Positions 6,902 to 14,228 of a stretch of DNA of 14,228 nucleotides are shown here, one piece after another (within the stretch, counting starts at the first letter, position 1; the number at the start of each line of letters is the position of its first letter). The stretch spans positions 1-14,228 of the forward strand of contig JBKBIN010000036.1 in the NCBI GenBank assembly GCA_046296715.1, written 5' to 3'. Position numbers and translations under genes: made by a program. The notes beneath the pieces are model-generated. The model did not search any database and had not been told where the DNA came from. It was given only the letters and a program-made list of their open reading frames with translations. This DNA comes from Candidatus Ratteibacteria bacterium (GTDB lineage Bacteria; Ratteibacteria; UBA8468; B48-G9; JAFGKM01).

Positions 6902-9490
6902 TTATCCATTTTCTAAATTTTTTTTAATTTCATTCACAATAAAATCAAAATTTACATCATTTTCAACAATACCACTTACAAACTTTTCACTACCTCCTCC
7001 CTTTATATATTTAGATAAATTTTTCACAATTTTGATTGCTGAAATTTCTTCTTTAATTGCATCACCAATTTTCAATATAAAGATTTTCTTTTCACCAACA
7101 TCAGAAAGTAAAAAAACTACACTATTTTTTATCTTTTCTGCGATTATATCAGAAATTTTTGCTACATAATCTCTCTTTTCAAAATTTACTTTGTGATAAA
7201 AAAATCTAATCTCTTTCCCATTTCTTAAAATTATCTGTGGCGATTTTAAAATCTCATCTACAATTTTTTGAATATTCATATTTACAAATTTCTCAATTGT
7301 CCTTTCTTTTTCTTCTATCTCTTCCAAAAGTTTCTCAATTCTATTTATAACTCTTTCTTCGTCTGTTTTTAACAAATTTGTAAGATTTTTTAAAGTAATT
7401 ATGGATTTTGAAAAATACTCAAAACATTTTTTATAAGTTATTGCTTCAATCCTTTTTAAATTTTTTCCAATAGTTGTAAAGTTAGTTATGTGAAAAAGAA
7501 AAATATCACCTGTATTTTTCAGATGGGTTCCACCACAAACCTCTTTATGAAAGGTTCCTGTTGAAACTACTCTTACTCTCTCTCCATATTTTTCTGTGAA
7601 TAAAGCGATTGCTCCTTTTTCAATTGCTTCATTCAAATCCATTTCTTCAACAGTAACAGGAACTTTTTCAAAAATTTTCTCACAGACCATATCCTCAATT
7701 TTTTCAATTGCATCTTCTTTTATTTCAGAAAAACAAACAAAATCAAACCTCAATTTGTCATTTCCAACATAAGAACCCGCCTGTCTTACCTCTTTCCCTA
7801 AGATTTCTCTTAAAGCATAATGAAGCAAATGTGTGGCAGTGTGGTTTATAGAGACAGACCTTCTAAACTCCTTGTCAACATTTAAATAAAACTCATCTCC
7901 TATTTTTAAATCATCAATTTTTCCATTTAATACATTTCCAATGTGATAAATCAAACCTTTTTCGTCAATTTGAGTATCAACAACTTCAAATTTAAATTTA
8001 TCATTATAGATTATGCCTCTATCTCCAATCTGACCTCCTTTTTCAGGGTAAAAAACAGTCCTATCAAAAACAAGATAGAACTGATTATTTTCTCCTTGAT
8101 AAATGGCAACGAGTTTCCCTTTTTCAGAGAGTTTTTCATATCCTAAAAATTCTGTATTTAAAATTTTATCGGAAACCAAAATCTCATTTTTTCTCATACC
8201 TATTTTTGATTTTGCCCTTGATAACTCCTTTTGCTTTTCCATATATTTATCAAATTCATCCCATTTTGGTTTTTTATTATATTGTAAAGATAATTCATCT
8301 ATTAAATCCTTTGGTATGCCATAAGTATCATAAAGTTTAAATAACTTTTCTCCTTTAATTTCTTTCTCATTCTTAACAACTTCAAAAAATATTTTTCTTG
8401 ATGAAGAAATTAAATAAAGGAATCTATCTTCCTCTTCATAAATTATCTTTTCTATCAACTTTTCATTTTCAACAAGTTCAGAATAGACATCTTTCATATT
8501 TTCAATTACAACCTTTGAAAGGTTAAAAAGAAAAGGTTCTTTTAATTTAAAGTCAAGCCCACTAAAAACTGCTCTTCTTATAATTCTTCTTAAAACATAT
8601 CCTCTTCCTTCATTTGAAGGTAAAATTCCATCACTGATTGCAAAAACAATTGCTCTTATATGGTCTGAAATAATTCTAAAATTTCTCTTATTTTGCTCAT
8701 AAATAAAACCACTTAATTCTTCAATCTTTTTTATAATTGGAACAAAAAGGTCTGTATCATAATTTGTCTCAACTCCTTGTAAAATCCTTGATATTCTCTC
8801 AAGCCCCATTCCTGTATCAACGCCCCTTCTTTTAAGAGGTGAAAGTGATCCATCTTTCTGTTTATCATATTGAGGAAAAACAAGATTCCAGAACTCAAGA
8901 AATCTATCACAATCACATCCAGGTTTACAATCTGTTTTACCACAACTTCTTTCTTCCCCAAAATCATAATAAATCTCAGTACATGGACCACAAGGACCTG
9001 TTTCTCCAGCAGGACCCCAAAAATTATCTTTTTCTCCAAGACCAATTAATTTACTTTCTGGTAAAAATTTTTTCCATATTTGTTTTGTCTCAATATCGTC
9101 TTTAAAATATGAAACCCATATTTTTTCTTCAGGTATCTTAAGTTTTTCTACAACAAACTCATAAGCCCATTCAATCGCCTCTTTTTTAAAATAATCACCA
9201 AATGAAAAATTACCAAGCATCTCAAAAAAAGTGTGATGTTTTCCACTTTCTCCAATCTTTTCAAGGTCGCTATCTTTTCCACCTGCTCTTAAACATTTTT
9301 GACAACTTGTTGCTCTTTTATATGGAAGGGGGATATCTGTTGCCCAGAATTTTTTAAACTGAACCATCCCTGCATTTGTAAAAAGTAAAGTTGGGTCTTC
9401 AAGAGGGATTAAACTACTACTTTTTATAATTTTATGTCCTTTACTTTCAAAAAATTTTAAGTAAAATTGCCTAATTTTCTTACTTTCCAT
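6902..9490 (-). CDS. alaS: Alanine--tRNA ligase
   Basis: DPTLLFTNAGMVQFK, HHTFFEMLGNFSFGDYFK, DTGMGLER, SNEGRGYVLRRIIRRA, editing domain NHTATHLL and EVCGGTH. 862 aa. Confidence 0.99.
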   Translation of the reverse strand: MESKKIRQFYLKFFESKGHKIIKSSSLIPLEDPTLLFTNAGMVQFKKFWATDIPLPYKRATSCQKCLRAGGKDSDLEKIGESGKHHTFFEMLGNFSFGDYFKKEAIEWAYEFVVEKLKIPEEKIWVSYFKDDIETKQIWKKFLPESKLIGLGEKDNFWGPAGETGPCGPCTEIYYDFGEERSCGKTDCKPGCDCDRFLEFWNLVFPQYDKQKDGSLSPLKRRGVDTGMGLERISRILQGVETNYDTDLFVPIIKKIEELSGFIYEQNKRNFRIISDHIRAIVFAISDGILPSNEGRGYVLRRIIRRAVFSGLDFKLKEPFLFNLSKVVIENMKDVYSELVENEKLIEKIIYEEEDRFLYLISSSRKIFFEVVKNEKEIKGEKLFKLYDTYGIPKDLIDELSLQYNKKPKWDEFDKYMEKQKELSRAKSKIGMRKNEILVSDKILNTEFLGYEKLSEKGKLVAIYQGENNQFYLVFDRTVFYPEKGGQIGDRGIIYNDKFKFEVVDTQIDEKGLIYHIGNVLNGKIDDLKIGDEFYLNVDKEFRRSVSINHTATHLLHYALREILGKEVRQAGSYVGNDKLRFDFVCFSEIKEDAIEKIEDMVCEKIFEKVPVTVEEMDLNEAIEKGAIALFTEKYGERVRVVSTGTFHKEVCGGTHLKNTGDIFLFHITNFTTIGKNLKRIEAITYKKCFEYFSKSIITLKNLTNLLKTDEERVINRIEKLLEEIEEKERTIEKFVNMNIQKIVDEILKSPQIILRNGKEIRFFYHKVNFEKRDYVAKISDIIAEKIKNSVVFLLSDVGEKKIFILKIGDAIKEEISAIKIVKNLSKYIKGGGSEKFVSGIVENDVNFDFIVNEIKKNLENG

Positions 9491-9498
9491 TTTAAATT

Positions 9499-9545
9499 TT
9501 GAAAATGAAAAAATTTTATGTAGTTTTTATTTTATCATTTTTCAA
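9499..9545. repeat. Imperfect inverted repeat in the recX-alaS spacer
   Basis: Left arm TTGAAAATGAAAAAAT (9499-9514), right arm ATTTTATCATTTTTCAA (9529-9545), 14-nt loop, one bulge and one mismatch. AT-rich. Confidence 0.5.
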
Positions 9546-9547
9546 GG

Positions 9548-9970
9548 TTATCTTTCAAAATTATAGTTATCATCTTTCATCAATCTTTCAATTGTTTGTT
9601 CAGCATATCCTTTGCTTTTCAAATTTAATACAATTTTGCTTTTATCTTTTGATTTTAATTTTTTTACTATTTCTTTACCTCTCTCAAACTCTTGTTCAAA
9701 ATCATATTTCTTTTTAAAATCTTCAATTATTTCTTCGTTGATCTTCCTCCTTTCAAGTTCTTTAATTATATAATAGTATCCTTTGCCTTTATTTTTCAAC
9801 TTATCAACAATTTTCTGACAAAGTTCTAAGTCATCTATCAATTTCTCTTTTTTAAGTTTTTTTAATATGGATGGATTAATTTGAGGGAATTTCTCCAAAA
9901 TTTCTTTTTCTGAATAATCTTTTTTCCCGAGTAGTTTAAGAACTTCTTCAAATATTTCTTTATTTTTCAC
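9548..9970 (-). CDS. recX: Regulatory protein RecX
   Basis: Three-helix-repeat pattern LLGKKDYSEKEILEK...LIDD...GKGYYYIIKELERRKI...LKSKGY. Lies between recA and alaS. The GTG start overlaps the 3' end of degP. Confidence 0.82.
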   Translation of the reverse strand: MKNKEIFEEVLKLLGKKDYSEKEILEKFPQINPSILKKLKKEKLIDDLELCQKIVDKLKNKGKGYYYIIKELERRKINEEIIEDFKKKYDFEQEFERGKEIVKKLKSKDKSKIVLNLKSKGYAEQTIERLMKDDNYNFER

Positions 9971-11438
9971 CTTTAATGATTATAAATCTTGAACGATTGC
10001 CGTATTTGATCAGAACCCTTGCATCTTGATTTTTAGAAATATTTTTTATAGCATTTCTATAATCTGAAATGTTTGAAATTTTATAACTATTTATCATTTT
10101 TATTACACTCCCTACTTTAATACCACTTTCATCTGCAGGAGAACCAGGTTCAACATAAGTCACAACAACTCCCTCTATGTCATCAATATCATACTGAGTT
10201 CTCATTTCTTCAGTTAAAGATGAAACCCTTATACCTCTCCATAGCTTTTCCTCTTTTTCTGAAATAACCGGCTCTTCTTCTGGCATTTCTCCAACTTTTA
10301 TATTCAGATTTATTTTTTTCTTATCTCTCCATATACCAACAGTTACTGTTTTCCCTGGAGGAGTATTTGCAACTTTCATTTGTAAATCTTTTACACTTTC
10401 AACTTTACTTCCTTCATATTCAATAATTACATCTCCTTCTTTTATTCCACCTTTTTCTGCTGGACTATCTTTTATAACTTGGGAAACAAGAGCACCACTT
10501 ATTTCAGAAAGACCAAATGACTTTGCAAGTTCTTCATCAAGTGGTTGAAGATAAACTCCAAGATAACCTCTTAAAACTTTCCCTCTTTCTTTCAACTGTG
10601 AAAAAACTCTTTTTGCAATATTTATAGGAATTGCAAAGCCAACACCTTGTGCAACATAAGGAGCAATAATAAAAGTATTTATTCCAATTACCTCTCCCTT
10701 TATATTTACAAGAGGACCTCCTGAATTTCCAGGATTTATTGCTGCATCTGTCTGTATAAAATCTTCATATTGTGTTATCCCAAATCCACTTCTTCCCTTT
10801 GCACTCACAACTCCAACTGTAACAGTTTCTTCAAGACCAAAAGGATTTCCAATTGCAATAACCCATTCTCCAACCTCAATTTTATCAGAATCTCCAAGTT
10901 TAACAGTAGGTAATTTTCTACCGGCATTTATTTTTATCAAAGCAAGATCTGTTTTAGGGTCTGTTCCTATAATTTTTGCTTCATATTTTCTTTCATCTCC
11001 AAGCAATTTTACAAGAATTTTATCAACTCCTTCAATTACATGATTATTTGTTAAAATATAGCCATCTTCATCAACAATAAATCCAGAACCAAGTCCTTCC
11101 TGTTTTTTTTGATATGTCTTTGGTTGTCTTCTTTTTGGCAGTCCAAAAAAATCATCAAAGGGAGATCTAAAAAATTCCTCAAGATCACCAAATGGATCCC
11201 AATATCTATATGTAACAATCTTTTCAGTAGTAATTTGAACAACCGCTGGTTTAACTGCTTTTGCTACCTGAACAAATGCACTTTGTAATGTCAGTGGTTC
11301 ATCAAGAGAAGTAGATATAATTGGAACTGAATTAAATCTTTTCGTCTCTGCCCTTTTTTCAACAGCACTATAACCTGTAAAAACAAGAAAAGAAAAAACA
11401 AGCCCAAGAATAAAACCAATCAATATATTTCTTTTCAT
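9960..11438 (-). CDS. degP: DegP/DegQ (HtrA, Do family) serine protease with two PDZ domains
   Basis: N-terminal signal/anchor, GLGSGFIV, catalytic triad TNNHV / TDLAL / GNSGGPL, PDZ1 RGYLGV...SPAEKGGIKEGDVI, PDZ2 GSPADESGIKVG. SD AGGAGG. Confidence 0.95.
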   Translation of the reverse strand: MKRNILIGFILGLVFSFLVFTGYSAVEKRAETKRFNSVPIISTSLDEPLTLQSAFVQVAKAVKPAVVQITTEKIVTYRYWDPFGDLEEFFRSPFDDFFGLPKRRQPKTYQKKQEGLGSGFIVDEDGYILTNNHVIEGVDKILVKLLGDERKYEAKIIGTDPKTDLALIKINAGRKLPTVKLGDSDKIEVGEWVIAIGNPFGLEETVTVGVVSAKGRSGFGITQYEDFIQTDAAINPGNSGGPLVNIKGEVIGINTFIIAPYVAQGVGFAIPINIAKRVFSQLKERGKVLRGYLGVYLQPLDEELAKSFGLSEISGALVSQVIKDSPAEKGGIKEGDVIIEYEGSKVESVKDLQMKVANTPPGKTVTVGIWRDKKKINLNIKVGEMPEEEPVISEKEEKLWRGIRVSSLTEEMRTQYDIDDIEGVVVTYVEPGSPADESGIKVGSVIKMINSYKISNISDYRNAIKNISKNQDARVLIKYGNRSRFIIIKGEK

Positions 11439-11462
11439 TCCTTCCCTCCTTTTATATTTAGT

Positions 11463-11489
11463 TTAGATGTAAATTTAGTAAAAAGGTTT
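11463..11489 (-). promoter_or_regulatory. Candidate ECF/sigmaE-type promoter upstream of degP (AAACCT-16 bp-TCTAA)
   Basis: Coding strand reads TAAACCTTTTTACTAAATTTACATCTAAAC, resembling the sigmaE consensus GAACTT-N16-TCTRA, directly upstream of an htrA gene. Confidence 0.5.
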
Positions 11490-12657
11490 ATTTTACCTTA
11501 ATCCATTTTCTTTCTTTTATTGACTGATCAACTGCTTCAAGGACCTCCTGACATTTAACTCCATCATAAAAATTTGGACTTGGATTTTCACCTTTTGCAA
11601 TTGAATTGAATATATCTGCAACCATATTAACAAATGCTTCTCCATATCCGATTATATGACCTGCTGGCCACCAATTACCTGCATATGGATGAGAAGCATC
11701 AGTCGCAATAATTGTTCTAAATCCTTGTTCACCTTGTTGGTCTTCTCTACTATAATATTCAAGTTCATTAAGTCGTTCAAGATTAAATACAATACTTCCT
11801 TTACTTCCATTTATCTCAAATCTCTGTCCATTTTTTCTTCCAGGAGCAAATCTTGTCGCTTCAAAAGAACCAATTGCACCATTTTTAAATCTTACAAGAA
11901 AAATTGTAGCATCGTCAACATCAACAATCCCTTTTTCCTCTGCTTTTTCCTTAAATTCACCAAGTCCTGTTTCAAGTTCTTCCTTCAATTTTAAAACTGG
12001 CCTTTCTTTAATAAATGTTTCATTAATTCCAACTACTTCATCAAATTCACCTACAAGATATCTTGCCATATCAATTAAATGGGCATTTAAGTCTCCATGA
12101 GCACCACTTCCTGCAACTGCCTTCTGCAATCTCCAAACAAGTGGAAAATCAGGATCAACAATCCAGTCCTGTAAATAAACTGCTCTCATATGATAAATCT
12201 TCCCTATTTTTCCCTGTTCAATAAGTTTTTTAGCCAGTCCAATAGCAGGCAATTTTCTATAATTAAAACATATTGCATGTTTTACATTATATTTTTCCAC
12301 TGCCTCAAGCATTTCATACGCATCTTTTAATGTTGAAGCAAGAGGTTTTTCACAGAATACTATTTTCCCATTTTTTGCTGCCTCTATCGCTATATCTTTG
12401 TGAGCATTTGGTGGAGTTGTTATATCAATTAAATCAATATCTTTTCTTTCAACAACTTTTTTCCAGTCGGTCTCATACTCAAGCCATCCAAATTTTTCTT
12501 TTGCCTGACTTACTGCTTTTTCTGTTCTACCACATATAACTTTCATAACTGGTTTTACTGGAAGGTCAAAAAACAAAGATACATTTTTATATGCAAATGA
12601 ATGTGCTTTACCCATAAATTTATATCCAATAAGAGCAACATTAATTTCTTTATTCAT
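11488..12657 (-). CDS. Gfo/Idh/MocA family NAD-dependent oxidoreductase (levoglucosan dehydrogenase-like)
   Basis: IGYKFMGKAHS Rossmann start, CEKP motif, YLQDW, AGSGAHGDLNAH (catalytic D/H), DVDD, EATRFAPGRKN. 389 aa. Confidence 0.93.
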   Translation of the reverse strand: MNKEINVALIGYKFMGKAHSFAYKNVSLFFDLPVKPVMKVICGRTEKAVSQAKEKFGWLEYETDWKKVVERKDIDLIDITTPPNAHKDIAIEAAKNGKIVFCEKPLASTLKDAYEMLEAVEKYNVKHAICFNYRKLPAIGLAKKLIEQGKIGKIYHMRAVYLQDWIVDPDFPLVWRLQKAVAGSGAHGDLNAHLIDMARYLVGEFDEVVGINETFIKERPVLKLKEELETGLGEFKEKAEEKGIVDVDDATIFLVRFKNGAIGSFEATRFAPGRKNGQRFEINGSKGSIVFNLERLNELEYYSREDQQGEQGFRTIIATDASHPYAGNWWPAGHIIGYGEAFVNMVADIFNSIAKGENPSPNFYDGVKCQEVLEAVDQSIKERKWIKVK

Positions 12658-12658
12658 T

Positions 12659-13663
12659 TTATCCCTCCTTTTTTTCGGATTTTAAAAGGCCTGCTTTTTC
12701 TCTTACTTTTCTTTCCAATTCATTATATAGGTTTGGATTTTTTCTCAAATTTTCAATTATATTTTCTAATCCCTGACCAAGTGTTTTGCCTTCGTAAGAA
12801 AAATAACTCCCTTTCTTTTCAAAAATCCCATAATTTAAACATGCTTCAATTAGAGACGATTCTTTACTTATTCCTTGTCCATAATAAATATCAAGTTCTG
12901 TTTCTTTAAATGGTGGAGCAACCTTATTTTTAACAACCTTTACCTTAATTCTATTACCTATAATACTGTCTCCCTTCTTTATGCTATCTATTTTTCTTAC
13001 TTCCAAGCGAACTGATGCATAAAATTTTAAAGCCCTTCCTCCTGGAGTTGTTTCTGGATTACCAAAAAATACACCTATTTTTTCTCTAACCTGATTTATA
13101 AAAATTGCAGCCGTTTTTGATTTACTGATATAACCTGTTAGTTTTCTTAATGCCTGAGACATCAATCTTGCTTGAAGACCCATAACACTATCTCCCATTT
13201 CTCCTTCAAGTTCTGCCCTTGGGACAAGTGCTGCAACAGAATCAATAACAACAACATCTATAGCATTACTCCTTATAAGTGCTTCTGCTATTTCAAGAGC
13301 CTGCTCTCCTGTATCTGGTTGACTTACAAGTAAATCTTCAATATTTACACCAAGTGCTTTTGCATAATTTGGGTCAAGTGCATGTTCAGCATCTATAAAA
13401 GCAACAGAACCACCCTGTTTTTGTGCTTGGGCAAGAATTTGAAGGGCAAGTGTAGTTTTGCCACTTGCTTCCTGTCCAAAAATTTCTGTTATCCTCCCTC
13501 TTGGGATTCCACCAACACCTAAAGCAATATCAAGAGAGATTGCACCTGTTGGAATTACTTCTACTTCAATCAACTTTTTTTCTCCAAGTCGCATTATAGA
13601 ACCTTTGCCAAATTCTTTTTCTATCTGAGATATCGCCATTTCAAGTGCTTTTTCTTTATCCAT
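12659..13663 (-). CDS. recA: Recombinase RecA
   Basis: [15 protein letters not shown], Walker [56 protein letters not shown] at 13671-13678. No intein. Confidence 0.99.
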   Translation of the reverse strand: MDKEKALEMAISQIEKEFGKGSIMRLGEKKLIEVEVIPTGAISLDIALGVGGIPRGRITEIFGQEASGKTTLALQILAQAQKQGGSVAFIDAEHALDPNYAKALGVNIEDLLVSQPDTGEQALEIAEALIRSNAIDVVVIDSVAALVPRAELEGEMGDSVMGLQARLMSQALRKLTGYISKSKTAAIFINQVREKIGVFFGNPETTPGGRALKFYASVRLEVRKIDSIKKGDSIIGNRIKVKVVKNKVAPPFKETELDIYYGQGISKESSLIEACLNYGIFEKKGSYFSYEGKTLGQGLENIIENLRKNPNLYNELERKVREKAGLLKSEKKEG

Positions 13664-13685
13664 TTTTTTTCACCTCCCATTTCTT

Positions 13686-13714
13686 ATAATAACTCTTTTA
13701 AATTCATCAGTCAA
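13686..13714 (-). promoter_or_regulatory. Sigma70-type promoter of recA (TTGACT-17 bp-TATTAT)
   Basis: TTGACT at 13714-13709, 17-bp spacer, TATTAT at 13691-13686, 7 nt before the SD. Confidence 0.65.
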
Positions 13715-13741
13715 ACGCTCATTCCTCTTTATAAATGAAAT

Positions 13742-14228
13742 TTACTGTCTGAATTGAAACTTAGCAACTACTTTATAAATTGGACCTTCTGGCATTAATT
13801 TACTTTCAAACAACTGGAAAGATATAACTCTAAATCTACCAAATAAAAAGTTATTATACTTTTCATAAATCTCTTTTATGAAATTCAGATTTGGAATACT
13901 TTTAAATCTTGCAACAGTTACATGTGAAACAAAATTTTTTTCTTTTTCAAAACCAAATTCATCTATTGCTTCTACTATTTTTCTGTTGAGTTTCTTCAAA
14001 TATCCTTCATCCTGTGCACCTACCCACAAAACCCTCACCCTCTTTTCAGATGGAAAAAAGCCAATTCCTTTTATCTCAACATCAAAACTCTCAAAGTTTA
14101 ATATAGATTTTTCAAGTTTTTCTTTTATTTTATCAATATCTTTTTCTTCAACTTCTCCGAGAAATTTTAAAGTGATATGTAGGTTTTCGGATTTTACTGG
14201 TTTTGCTTCTTTTATTTTTTTCAATCTA
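13742..14228 (-). CDS. thpR: RNA 2',3'-cyclic phosphodiesterase (2'-5' RNA ligase family, 2H phosphoesterase), 5'-truncated by the window edge
   Basis: Two HxT motifs (ENLHITLKFLG, SHVTVAR), RVLWVG, SKLMPEGPIY. The frame is open to the window end and the gene has its usual position upstream of recA. Confidence 0.93.
   Translation of the reverse strand, partial: RLKKIKEAKPVKSENLHITLKFLGEVEEKDIDKIKEKLEKSILNFESFDVEIKGIGFFPSEKRVRVLWVGAQDEGYLKKLNRKIVEAIDEFGFEKEKNFVSHVTVARFKSIPNLNFIKEIYEKYNNFLFGRFRVISFQLFESKLMPEGPIYKVVAKFQFRQ

Noticed and set aside
8900..8950. Cys-rich segment CGKTDCKPGCDCDRF in AlaS as a novel insertion
   Set aside because: This Cys-rich loop is a common variant in many bacterial AlaRS proteins.
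6882..9105. Short ORFs within alaS (6882..7169, 7943..8146, 8103..8324, 8731..9045, 8839..9105)
   Set aside because: Antisense or alternative-frame shadows of an intact, full-length alaS.
9499..12909. Other short ORFs (9499..9717, 11051..11242, 11656..11994, 12273..12539, 12601..12909, also 2390..2578)
   Set aside because: All overlap well-supported genes on the opposite strand or in another frame and show no family motifs.
13711..13722. Micro-ORF ATG AGC GTT TGA upstream of recA as a leader peptide
   Set aside because: Three codons, the GAGGA abuts the ATG with no spacing, and it overlaps the predicted -35 box.

Overview
AT-rich bacterial chromosomal window with no rRNA, tRNA, CRISPR array or mobile element that I can see. 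The style of the prepilin/DUF1559 gene suggests a PVC-related lineage such as Omnitrophota/Ratteibacteria, which is inference only. Left end (minus strand): a GntR/FCD regulator, probably leaderless and autoregulated from a duplicated TGTATACA operator/promoter unit, coupled to a type IV prepilin-like DUF1559/H-X9-DG gene broken by one extra base. Next is a stand-alone sugar phosphate isomerase/epimerase (minus), then a plus-strand operon of M16 peptidase, bioY and asd. Converging on it is a long minus-strand run: thpR(partial)-recA-Gfo/Idh/MocA oxidoreductase-degP-recX-alaS-sigma70-family factor-apt. The most notable points are the divergent sigma factor with substitutions at the main -10 and -35 recognition positions, the frameshifted pilin-like gene and its regulatory unit, and the two genes lying between recA and recX with a candidate ECF/sigmaE-type promoter before degP. 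All protein comparisons are by eye against remembered family motifs, and no database searches were run.
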